The position numbers and the translations under genes are program-made. Source: Oligoflexia bacterium (GTDB lineage: Bacteria; Bdellovibrionota; Bdellovibrionia; JABDDW01). From it: a stretch of 64,000 nt of DNA. This document shows positions 17,557 to 26,155 of the stretch, in pieces (the stretch's first letter is position 1; every line of letters starts with the position of its first letter). The notes under the pieces are model-generated. The model did not search any database, was not told the DNA's origin, and saw nothing but the letters and a program-made list of their open reading frames with translations. Where the stretch lies: NCBI GenBank assembly GCA_023250675.1, contig JAHFAE010000001.1, forward strand, positions 31,635-95,634, given 5' to 3'.

Positions 17557-18891
17557 TTGAGTAAGACATTACCGATCCGTAAACGTTTCATAATCGACAC
17601 CAACGTCATACTATTTGACCCACAAGCCATCTTTAAGTTTCAAAATGGTGACATAATTATTCCCATTTCTGTTATTGAAGAAATGGATCGGTTCAAAAAA
17701 GATTTAGGTGAAAATGGTCGCAACGCGAGACAATTCTCCCGTTTTGTCGACGTTCTAAGAACAAAGGGTGCTTTAAGTAAAGGGGTATTGCTAGAAAAAA
17801 GTCATAGCTATTTTTTCGTGAATCTTGATTCCCATACCGATGTTTTGCCGGAAGATTTATCACCCGGTAAAGCTGACAATCGCATTTTGGCTCTGGCCAT
17901 GAAAATGCAAAAAGAAAAGCCACCAAAACCGACGGTGCTTATCACAAAAGATACCAACCTTCGTATCAAGGCTGATGTACTGGGAATTCCTGCAGAAGAT
18001 TACGAACCCCAAAAAGTAGATATTGAAGATCTATTTAGCGGAACCACCGAGTATGAAGTCAGTGCCGATGCTATCGATAGTTTTTATGCCGACAAAAAAA
18101 TGTCTATTAGCGATCAGAATATTGCGGCCAACCAGTATATTATATTTAAAGACATTACTAACCCCAACCACAGCGCCATTGCACGGTACAACGCCGTCAC
18201 AAAGTGCGCGGTTCCACTTATAAAACCCACCGATAATGTTTGGGGTATTTACCCAAGAAATGTGGAACAAAGTTTTGCGCTAGATTGTTTATTAAACGAC
18301 GAGATCAAACTGGTTTCTCTTGTCGGAAAAGCAGGCACAGGAAAGACCTTGCTTGCCTTGGCGGCTGGCCTTTCAAAAACTCTTGATGATAGCAAATACC
18401 ATCGGCTTTTGGTGAGTAGGCCCATTTTTCCCATGGGTCGTGACATCGGTTATTTGCCTGGAGACGTTGAAGAGAAACTTAATCCTTGGATGCAACCCGT
18501 TTTCGATAACATCGAGTATCTGCTCGGGTCAGGCACCAGCCAAAAACGAGCGGCCGGGCGGTGCCAAGAATTGATCAGCCAAGGCATGCTCAATATCGAA
18601 CCACTTACCTATATTAGGGGAAGAAGTATACCCAACCAATATCTCATTGTGGACGAAGCACAGAACCTAACACCCCATGAGATCAAGACCATTATCACCC
18701 GAGCGGGCCAGGGCACAAAAGTCGTTCTGACCGGTGATTGCTATCAGATTGATAATCCCTACGTGGATTCGGCCAATAACGGTCTTACCTATGTGGTTGA
18801 GCGATTTAAACAAGAGGGCATCGCTGCCCACGTGACATTGTCTAAAGGGGAAAGGTCTGAATTAGCAGAATTGGCTGCCAACCTCCTTTAG
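17557..18891 (+). CDS. PhoH2-type protein (N-terminal PIN domain fused to a PhoH ATPase)
   Basis: PIN N-terminus ('IIDTNVIL...IPISVIEE'), Walker A 'GKAGTGKT', PhoH core 'VVLTGDCYQID'. Confidence 0.85.
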   Translation: MSKTLPIRKRFIIDTNVILFDPQAIFKFQNGDIIIPISVIEEMDRFKKDLGENGRNARQFSRFVDVLRTKGALSKGVLLEKSHSYFFVNLDSHTDVLPEDLSPGKADNRILALAMKMQKEKPPKPTVLITKDTNLRIKADVLGIPAEDYEPQKVDIEDLFSGTTEYEVSADAIDSFYADKKMSISDQNIAANQYIIFKDITNPNHSAIARYNAVTKCAVPLIKPTDNVWGIYPRNVEQSFALDCLLNDEIKLVSLVGKAGTGKTLLALAAGLSKTLDDSKYHRLLVSRPIFPMGRDIGYLPGDVEEKLNPWMQPVFDNIEYLLGSGTSQKRAAGRCQELISQGMLNIEPLTYIRGRSIPNQYLIVDEAQNLTPHEIKTIITRAGQGTKVVLTGDCYQIDNPYVDSANNGLTYVVERFKQEGIAAHVTLSKGERSELAELAANLL

Positions 18892-18935
18892 AGAACTGCT
18901 AAAGTTGTTCTATCAAGTTATCCGAGAAGTTCACT

Positions 18936-19757
18936 GTGAAGTACTATGGCTATTGGACTTTAGTCTTGGTTTTGAGTTTTGCTAGCTTAAATAGTTGGGC
19001 TGACAAGAATCATTCCTATTCAATAATAGAAATAAAAATTCTTTTGAAATCTTTGGCCAGCAAAAAAGCCCTTTGCCTACAAAAAAAATGCAAAGATCTT
19101 AAAACCTATATTGAATTTGAAAATGTTCTTAAATCCTTTGAAGATCTTAAAGAACTGACTGAAGTAAAACTTCAAGAAAACAGGTTTTTAAAAAACGAGC
19201 TGGCCATTCAATCAAAACCATTTCGTCAATTGGCGTCGCAAAACACCGCACAGTCTTGCTATAAGAAAGCACTTTTAAACGAACTCTTGCTCAATGAAGG
19301 CATAGACAAGAACGGCAGTGTCTTGTTTCCTAAAAAAGCCGTGGGTGGTGGGGGAGCCGTCTGCTGGGCTAATTCAAGAAAAAAGAAAGAAGCGACCATT
19401 ACCCTTTGTGAATTTCCGTTGGCCATAAATATTCAGACAAAAGGGGGAGGGGAGGCAAAAACTGTAACTCGAAGTCGAGAGTACCTTTTTCAAATCAACG
19501 GATGTGATCTCTTAGCCGTTCATACAACAGATGAATCTCAAACCGACAAAAAAGAAACCAGTTTGACTTACACGACGTGCATTCAAAGCTGGAACAAAAG
19601 AACAGCCGACGCCAACATGAGTGGGGCTGAAGTCCAGCTCATGGAAGACACAATCGGGTATTGTTTTCGCGAACATCTTCTTCCGCCCCTTAATGCAAAA
19701 GCAGGTCGCATCAATCCGCCAATTGTCGAAGGGCCAGGTCCAGAGGCCCATAAATAA
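18936..19757 (+). CDS. Hypothetical secreted Cys-containing protein
   Basis: Signal peptide 'WTLVLVLSFASLNSWA'; 273 aa; no recognisable motifs. Confidence 0.45.
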   Translation: MKYYGYWTLVLVLSFASLNSWADKNHSYSIIEIKILLKSLASKKALCLQKKCKDLKTYIEFENVLKSFEDLKELTEVKLQENRFLKNELAIQSKPFRQLASQNTAQSCYKKALLNELLLNEGIDKNGSVLFPKKAVGGGGAVCWANSRKKKEATITLCEFPLAINIQTKGGGEAKTVTRSREYLFQINGCDLLAVHTTDESQTDKKETSLTYTTCIQSWNKRTADANMSGAEVQLMEDTIGYCFREHLLPPLNAKAGRINPPIVEGPGPEAHK

Positions 19758-19809
19758 TAAAGCTAATCGAACACTTTGCCGATTAAGAGTCATAAGGAGG
19801 GATTATCCC

Positions 19810-20091
19810 ATGGATTTTTTTTCGGGGGATTTGGATCGTGTATTCACCGTACTTTATGAAATGGGTCGCATCGAGCCCCTTCTTAAAAAAGATTGGACCC
19901 GTCTTTATCGCAGCAATTTAAGTCGCTGGAGCGAAATCAGCGGTGCCATCAAGCATCTAAACCAAATGAGCAACTTAAAAGACATGCGGGGATTTATCGA
20001 AACCCTTCCGTCAGAAATTATTGACGCTTTGGTCGTAGAAGTCGCTCGGGAACTTGCAAGCTATCATGAAAATAAAACCAATTTGCACTAA
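19810..20091 (+). CDS. Small hypothetical cytoplasmic protein (94 aa)
   Basis: The ORF track gives 19621-20091. I trimmed it to the ATG at 19810, which is preceded by the RBS 'AAGGAGGG' at 19792-19799. The 5' part of the longer ORF overlaps the previous gene. Confidence 0.4.
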   Translation: MDFFSGDLDRVFTVLYEMGRIEPLLKKDWTRLYRSNLSRWSEISGAIKHLNQMSNLKDMRGFIETLPSEIIDALVVEVARELASYHENKTNLH

Positions 20092-20095
20092 GGAT

Positions 20096-20656
20096 ATGAT
20101 TGTGAAACGCTCGATTCAATTGATAGCCATCGCGTTTGCAATGACTTGCAATAGTATTTTAGCTCATGCCTGGGATGTGGATTTTTCACGAAGGCAAAAT
20201 AGGCCAGCAACAAAAGAACAACCCAAAGTAGAAGTGGCACCCGTTGCGGCTTTACCAGCAACGAGCCAGATTCCCAAAGACCCACCGCCAAATCCCCAGC
20301 TTGAAAGTCTTATTTCGCGGGCCGTGACCAAGTCATATGATCGCCAAGAAGTTGTAATTTTGAATACGGCCAAGGGATTTATACCCAATAACGTTCGACT
20401 TCATCGGGGCTTGCATTACCTCGTTCATATCGTCAATGTTAATGAAGGTAAAAAAAATATCAGTTTTATGTTAGATGCCTTTGATCAGCACCATGCCACT
20501 TATTATGGGCAACTTAAGAGTTTTAATTTAGACCCCGATAAAGAGGGCGTCTATCAGTATCAATGCCCTGAAACCTCGGCCCAAGGAAAGCTTGTGATAT
20601 TCGGAGCTAACCCCAAAACAGAGTCTCAGCGTACCCTATCTTCAGACCAAGATTAA
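20096..20656 (+). CDS. Hypothetical secreted protein, possibly cupredoxin/Ig-like
   Basis: Start trimmed to 'MIVKRSIQLIAIAFAMTCNSILAHA' (a signal peptide). Contains 'HYLVHIVNVNEG...YQYQCPETSAQGKLVIFG'. Confidence 0.4.
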   Translation: MIVKRSIQLIAIAFAMTCNSILAHAWDVDFSRRQNRPATKEQPKVEVAPVAALPATSQIPKDPPPNPQLESLISRAVTKSYDRQEVVILNTAKGFIPNNVRLHRGLHYLVHIVNVNEGKKNISFMLDAFDQHHATYYGQLKSFNLDPDKEGVYQYQCPETSAQGKLVIFGANPKTESQRTLSSDQD

Positions 20657-20705
20657 AACCTGCCAATACTTGTCAAATCTTTGAAAAGCGGCTAATTAAT
20701 GGCTC

Positions 20706-22217
20706 GTGATAACCACAATTCAAATCAGCTGCAAACTGACAAACTCCCTTTTGATCCATCTGGATAAAATAGGGCTTCCGTTAAATTGGGTTTTTAATTC
20801 TTTTGAAGGACCCGAGGAGTTTTTAAGAGATCCCCATTTTTGGCTCAGCCTCTCAGAAATGGAAAAAACATTTGAGCGTGTTTCACGCTTCGCTAACGAC
20901 CCGAGTTTGGGCCGAACCGTTGGTACCCTCTCTGTGGACTATCAAACTTGGGGGGCTCTGGATAGTGTCTTTAAACTCATGCCTGAGAGGGGCAGCTACT
21001 ATAATAATCTAGCCAAGTTTTTTTCATACTTTGTGACGCCTCTGGATCTTTTTAAAGAAATCGAACTGGGCCCTACATTTGTAAGACTTAATTCCCCCGT
21101 TCAACGTCAAGAGGCGCCCCATGTTTTTGATTTTTTTAGAGCGGTTTTAGAAAACCTTCCCCGCTACACAGGGCACCTTACAAGTCAGTCTGAATGGATT
21201 GAGGCTCGAAATGAATTGTTTATCAACTGGGATTCAGCACAACCGAGCCTTTTTACGGAAGAACCGGGGCATGTACTAAATCCTAAGCTCATCAAAAATC
21301 TCACCACAATGCTTGAAGAAAACGAGAAAGCACTTGAAGCAAAAAATAGAGAAGTGGTTCAACTTAAAAGTGAATTAGAAAAGGTTCGGGGACTTCTCCA
21401 AACTGAAGTTCAAGAAAAAATATATGCAGAAAAAATGTCTGGAATTGCACAGCTTGCCGCTGGCGTTGCTCACGAAATTAACAACCCACTGTCATTTATA
21501 ATGAGCAATCTAGGAAGATTTCAGGATTATTTCTTAAGACTTCAAACCTATATTCGAGATATACAATCTGTAATAAGTAAGCCTCTTTTATATGATTCAG
21601 TTCAAATAGCAGAATGGCGAAAACGACTTGATATAGATTTTATTCTCACCGAAACCCCCACCATGCTTAAAGAATCTGGAGAGGGCTTAAAAAGGGTGAA
21701 AGAAATCGTCAAAGATCTATCAAGCCTTGCGAGACCTGCAGACGATCGATCTGAACCAAAAACCGCTACCGATCTCAATGGTATTTTAGAAAGTTCCCTC
21801 AAGGTTTTTCATGGGAAAATGACTGAGCGAATTAGAGTTCAAAAAAAGTTGGGGTTAAAAACCCCCGTTCAGGTTTTTCCCGTTCGAATAAGTCAAGTTT
21901 TTATTAATCTCTTAAGTAATGCCGTTCAAGCCATACAAGGTAACGGTATTATCGAAGTCATATCAGAAGAAAGAGATGGTCAAGCCATAATAGAAATTGT
22001 GGATAATGGAATGGGAATGGACAGTTCGATTGTACCACGTATTTTTACCCCATTTTTTACAACTAAAGAGGTTGGTCAGGGGTCAGGACTTGGATTAAGT
22101 ATCGCCCAAAGTATTGTAGAAATGCACAAGGGTAGAATCGATGTGATAAGTGAAAAGGGTAGAGGAAGTCGGTTTGTCGTTACACTTCCCATTAAGGAGA
22201 TGAGAGGACAAGCATGA
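20706..22217 (+). CDS. Cytoplasmic sensor histidine kinase
   Basis: H-box '[11 protein letters not shown]', N-box 'NLLSNAVQA', G1 'VDNGMGM', G2 'GSGLGLSI'. No TM segments. Confidence 0.8.
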   Translation: MITTIQISCKLTNSLLIHLDKIGLPLNWVFNSFEGPEEFLRDPHFWLSLSEMEKTFERVSRFANDPSLGRTVGTLSVDYQTWGALDSVFKLMPERGSYYNNLAKFFSYFVTPLDLFKEIELGPTFVRLNSPVQRQEAPHVFDFFRAVLENLPRYTGHLTSQSEWIEARNELFINWDSAQPSLFTEEPGHVLNPKLIKNLTTMLEENEKALEAKNREVVQLKSELEKVRGLLQTEVQEKIYAEKMSGIAQLAAGVAHEINNPLSFIMSNLGRFQDYFLRLQTYIRDIQSVISKPLLYDSVQIAEWRKRLDIDFILTETPTMLKESGEGLKRVKEIVKDLSSLARPADDRSEPKTATDLNGILESSLKVFHGKMTERIRVQKKLGLKTPVQVFPVRISQVFINLLSNAVQAIQGNGIIEVISEERDGQAIIEIVDNGMGMDSSIVPRIFTPFFTTKEVGQGSGLGLSIAQSIVEMHKGRIDVISEKGRGSRFVVTLPIKEMRGQA

Positions 22218-23491
22218 GTATGAAAATCAAGAATATTCTGGCCCGTGAAATTTTGGATTCTCGAGGTAATCCTACGGTCGAAGTCGATTTGATTTTAGAT
22301 GACGGAAGTTTAGGGCGAGCTGCAGTGCCATCGGGTGCTTCGACAGGAGCTCATGAAGCCAGAGAACTTCGCGACGATGATAAAAAAAGGTATCAAGGCA
22401 AAGGGGTGCTCGCGGCTGTTAAAAACGTCAATCTCGTGTTAGCTAATGAACTGAAGGGTAAGATAGCAGACCAAATTGAAATTGATAAAACAATTATCCA
22501 GATCGATGGTACAGAAAATAAAGACAAACTGGGGGCCAACGCCTTGTTAGGTGTGAGCCTCGCACTGGCGAAAGCTTTGGCAAAAGCTAGTAATCTTCCA
22601 CTTTATAAATCTTGTGGATTTGTAAAAGAGTATATACTTCCCGTACCTCTGATGAATATTCTCAATGGGGGAGCCCATGCCGACAACGATTTAGATATTC
22701 AAGAATTTATGATCGCGCCTGTTTGCGGAGGTTCTTTCTCAGAAGCATTGCGTGCTGGTTCCGAAATTTTTCACACCCTCAAAGCAAAACTAAAAAAACA
22801 AGGACTCATTACCTCTGTCGGCGACGAAGGGGGATTTGCTCCAAAGCTAGAGTCCAATCTTCAAGCCTTAGAACTTGTGGCCGATGCCATTGAGCTTGCA
22901 GGTTACAAACTGGGTCAAGATATTTTCTTAGCATTAGATGTGGCGGCCACCGAACTTTATGATCCCGAGTCTAAAAAATACCGCTGGGAGGGCCGAGAGA
23001 TAGACTATCACGAAATAATCAAGATCTATAATAGCTGGTCCCATAACTTTCCGTTGGTCAGCATTGAAGACGGGTTATCAGAAGACGACTGGGATGGTTG
23101 GAAGGAATTAACCACTCAAATCGGCAATCGAGTTCAACTTGTTGGGGATGACCTTTTTGTCACCAATCCCAGAAGAATTCGGCGTGGCATAAACGAAAAG
23201 TTGGCAAATGCTGTTCTTATAAAACTTAATCAAATAGGTACTCTCACGGAGACCCTTGAAGCCATAAAACTAGCTCAAGGGGCCAAATATCGAACCGTCA
23301 TTTCACATCGAAGTGGGGAGACAGAAGACGCGGCTATCGCTGATTTGGCCGTTGCGACCCAATCACAGCAGATAAAAACCGGGTCTTTATGTCGTGGTGA
23401 AAGGACAGCAAAGTACAACCAGCTCCTTAGAATAGAAGAGGAATTAGGGAACAAATCCAAGTTTTGGGGCCGGTCGGCATTTAGTTTATAA
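22214..23491 (+). CDS. eno: Enolase (phosphopyruvate hydratase)
   Basis: '[13 protein letters not shown]', 'SHRSGETED' and '[11 protein letters not shown]' enolase signatures. Overlaps the kinase gene by 4 nt. Confidence 0.95.
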   Translation: MSMKIKNILAREILDSRGNPTVEVDLILDDGSLGRAAVPSGASTGAHEARELRDDDKKRYQGKGVLAAVKNVNLVLANELKGKIADQIEIDKTIIQIDGTENKDKLGANALLGVSLALAKALAKASNLPLYKSCGFVKEYILPVPLMNILNGGAHADNDLDIQEFMIAPVCGGSFSEALRAGSEIFHTLKAKLKKQGLITSVGDEGGFAPKLESNLQALELVADAIELAGYKLGQDIFLALDVAATELYDPESKKYRWEGREIDYHEIIKIYNSWSHNFPLVSIEDGLSEDDWDGWKELTTQIGNRVQLVGDDLFVTNPRRIRRGINEKLANAVLIKLNQIGTLTETLEAIKLAQGAKYRTVISHRSGETEDAAIADLAVATQSQQIKTGSLCRGERTAKYNQLLRIEEELGNKSKFWGRSAFSL

Positions 23492-23762
23492 ATTAGACAA
23501 GTTTGTAGATTTGATACTCGAAGGCGCCATTTTGCGGCGCCGAGGGCCAACGTGGCTCCTGAACCCCCGGTAAAACGGTGAAACTATGCACCCAAGGCTC
23601 ATTTGGCGCCTTGACAAACAGAGGTAACCTACATTAACTAAAAGAGTTTTTCGGATATTTCTAGTAGTTTCTGCAATGGCACATCCATTGCTTTTGGAGA
23701 TATGCGGAAGTTTCGCAAAAAAAAAGCACGTTTATGCGGTTATTCCGCGGAGGGACTAAATA

Positions 23763-24938
23763 ATGAAAAAGACGATAATCTCAGGGGTGATTTTCGGACT
23801 GGTGGCAGCAAATGCGATTGCAATAGCTGCTCCTCATAAAAAACTGGCTTCTTCGAAAGCTTTGCCGACTAAGTCGGAAAAAGTAGCAAAAGCAATTAAA
23901 GGTTTCAAAGTAGCTTCGGCGAAAACACTTTCGACCGTCGCAGTACAACCTAAAGTTGCAGTTCCTTCTTCACTCGCCCAAAAGGCGGCGCCATTGGCGG
24001 TTAATCCTTCAGCTTCTGGTAGAGCAAGTTTAAATTTAACTCGAGAGCATGAGAAATCGGCTCAAGGCACTACTGCAATGCCCATCAGTACTGCGGTAGC
24101 ATCAGCTAAAAAGAGCCCTTTTAGTATTAAATACCGAAGCTATAATGCTTTGAACCTCGTAGCTGTAACCAATTCAAGTGATTCTCCGGATCGCGAAGTT
24201 TGGGTTTGGGATCGATTGAATTTAACCTATAATTTCAATCCCGATATTTCTGTAAGCGTTATGCCTCAACTTTTTCACACATGGTTTGGAGATCGAAATC
24301 GAGTTCAAGACGATTCTTTTGGTAACCTAAGCCAGCCCTATTCAGCTTATCTTGGAAACACCGCCCTAATCTTTGCAGATTCAAAAATCGCAACCCTCCA
24401 AGGTGGAATTATTTGGGACGGTATGGCTCGATACGATGCGCCGACAAGTGAGTGGTCCCAAAAAGCGGGTTCTTTGGGTGAAACAAGACTTGCAACTGGG
24501 TTGTCTAAAAGTTTTGGCAGGTTTGATATTAAGGTTTCAGAAACTTATCGTTATTTCCTTCAACAATATACGACCAGTGAAGCCGAGCTTGCCGATAAGA
24601 AAACCCCAGGTTGGCCGTCTCAGAATGAAGAGTGGTACTTATATTCATTGTTAGATTTGGGCTACAATATTTCAAAAAAAGTTTCGATTTCGCTTGAAAC
24701 AGGTTTTATCAATAAAACTAAGTTAGCCGATGATAACCCTACTCACCAAAGAGATTCAGTGAAAGCCGATGAAATCGTTATGAATCCTGAAATTGCAGTG
24801 GCCATCAACGATAATTTCTCGTTGGCATTGGGTCTTTGGGAAGAACCTAATATGAGAAAGCTTAAAACCTCTGTTTACGAGCCTCTTAACCCTGTTAACG
24901 GCGGTGAAGCCTACCTCATGACTACGATTCAGTTCTAA
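23763..24938 (+). CDS. Outer-membrane beta-barrel protein (porin-like) with an Ala/Lys-rich N-terminal region
   Basis: Signal peptide, Ala-rich linker, amphipathic beta-strands and a terminal 'TTIQF'. RBS 'GGAGGG' upstream. Confidence 0.5.
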   Translation: MKKTIISGVIFGLVAANAIAIAAPHKKLASSKALPTKSEKVAKAIKGFKVASAKTLSTVAVQPKVAVPSSLAQKAAPLAVNPSASGRASLNLTREHEKSAQGTTAMPISTAVASAKKSPFSIKYRSYNALNLVAVTNSSDSPDREVWVWDRLNLTYNFNPDISVSVMPQLFHTWFGDRNRVQDDSFGNLSQPYSAYLGNTALIFADSKIATLQGGIIWDGMARYDAPTSEWSQKAGSLGETRLATGLSKSFGRFDIKVSETYRYFLQQYTTSEAELADKKTPGWPSQNEEWYLYSLLDLGYNISKKVSISLETGFINKTKLADDNPTHQRDSVKADEIVMNPEIAVAINDNFSLALGLWEEPNMRKLKTSVYEPLNPVNGGEAYLMTTIQF

Positions 24939-24970
24939 TTAGGTCTGAGGTTTCGAAAATAAATATTGTT

Positions 24971-24999
24971 GGGACCCTTTTTAGGGTCCCTTTTTTTTT
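24971..24999 (+). terminator. Rho-independent terminator
   Basis: GGGACCC-TTTTTA-GGGTCCC followed by T9. Confidence 0.8.
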
Positions 25000-25021
25000 A
25001 TGCTTATGGCAGAATTTAGGA

Positions 25022-25345
25022 ATGAAAGCATTCATGGAGAGAATGCACCACCTTCTAGAACACCCAGTGAAGATTGGCTTCTTAGCCTTTGCAATAGCGT
25101 TTGCTAGTCTTTTGGCTGAGGGAACTCTTATAAATCTATGGGATTTGAAACGAGAAAAATCAAAGCTTCAAAAGAATTTTAATGAGACCATTGCGTACAA
25201 TCGAGAATTGAGTAGCAAAATAGCTCAGGCCAAAAGTTCTGACGGTTTTATCGGTCGGCAAGCCCGTGACAAACTGGATTTGGCTAAGGACGATGAGTTG
25301 GTATTTGTTTTCGAAAGTGAGAACTCATTTTCTACACCTCGTTAA
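25022..25345 (+). CDS. ftsB: Septum formation initiator (FtsB/DivIC-like)
   Basis: N-terminal TM followed by a coiled coil, 'LWDLKREKSKLQKNFNETIAYNRELSSKIAQAKSSDGFIGRQARDKLDLAKDDELVF'. Confidence 0.6.
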   Translation: MKAFMERMHHLLEHPVKIGFLAFAIAFASLLAEGTLINLWDLKREKSKLQKNFNETIAYNRELSSKIAQAKSSDGFIGRQARDKLDLAKDDELVFVFESENSFSTPR

Positions 25346-25445
25346 TACTGCTTCGCGCTAGATGTCAAAAAAACATACTTGACCCCCTAGGTCAGTTCGT
25401 CTAACTTAAAAGATAGGTAAATTATTTTTAGGAGGGGTATTTTGT

Positions 25446-25661
25446 ATGGCAGCAGGGAAAGTTAAGTGGTTCAACGATAGCAAAGGTTTTGGTTTTATTG
25501 AGCGTGACGGCGGCAAGGATGTATTTGTGCATTACACCGCTATTGTTGGAGAAGGTTTTAAAACCCTTCCTGAAGGCGCTCAGGTAGAATTTGAGCTCCT
25601 TGAAACCGAAAGAGGTCCTCAGGCAGCTAATGTAGTAGTCATAAAAGGTACAACTGTCTAA
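25446..25661 (+). CDS. Cold-shock protein (CspA family)
   Basis: '[30 protein letters not shown]' RNP1/RNP2 motifs. Confidence 0.95.
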   Translation: MAAGKVKWFNDSKGFGFIERDGGKDVFVHYTAIVGEGFKTLPEGAQVEFELLETERGPQAANVVVIKGTTV

Positions 25662-25683
25662 GGTTGACAAGATTTGAGTTTAA

Positions 25684-25715
25684 AGAGCTCCTGATAAAAG
25701 AGGAGCTTTTTTTTT
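25684..25715 (+). terminator. Rho-independent terminator after csp
   Basis: AGCTCCT-loop-AGGAGCT hairpin followed by T10. Confidence 0.8.
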
Positions 25716-25777
25716 AACTTCCAGGCCTTACGTTTGTTCTTCTTGCATTTGCCTTCATTGTACCGTGAAATGAGTAC

Positions 25778-26128
25778 GTGATCTGGGACAACGAGCGTAT
25801 CAAAGAACTTCGTCATAAACTAGATTTCACTCAAACCGAATTTGCTGAAATTTTAGGTTGTAGGCAACAAACAATAAGTGAATGGGAGCAAGGTCTTTAT
25901 TTGCCCGGAAATGCTTATGGCAAACTTCTTGATCAGCTTTCTCAAGAGGTATCCGTAGATTCGCCCCCTAAAGCTAAACTCCAAACCAGCCTACAAATTT
26001 CAAAAGAAGGAGCCGTTTCCCTCGCCCAAACGGTAGTAAGTCAATACTTAGTGCCAGAAATTCACGAATTAATCATTGATGAGAGGTTTGTAGAAGATCA
26101 AAAACCTTTTGATCCTGCCATTGATTAA
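25778..26128 (+). CDS. XRE-family helix-turn-helix transcriptional regulator
   Basis: 'LDFTQTEFAEILGCRQQTISEWEQG' HTH. Confidence 0.7.
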   Translation: MIWDNERIKELRHKLDFTQTEFAEILGCRQQTISEWEQGLYLPGNAYGKLLDQLSQEVSVDSPPKAKLQTSLQISKEGAVSLAQTVVSQYLVPEIHELIIDERFVEDQKPFDPAID

Positions 26129-26155
26129 CTCCTAGCAACGATTTAGTATGCGCTC

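Noticed and set aside
19621-19809. 5' part of ORF 19621-20091 overlapping the previous gene
   Set aside because: A well-placed RBS (AAGGAGGG) precedes the internal ATG at 19810. The upstream portion overlaps 18936-19757 in another frame.
22612-22893. 93-aa Arg/Cys-rich ORF inside eno
   Set aside because: Alternate frame of the enolase gene. Composition bias only.
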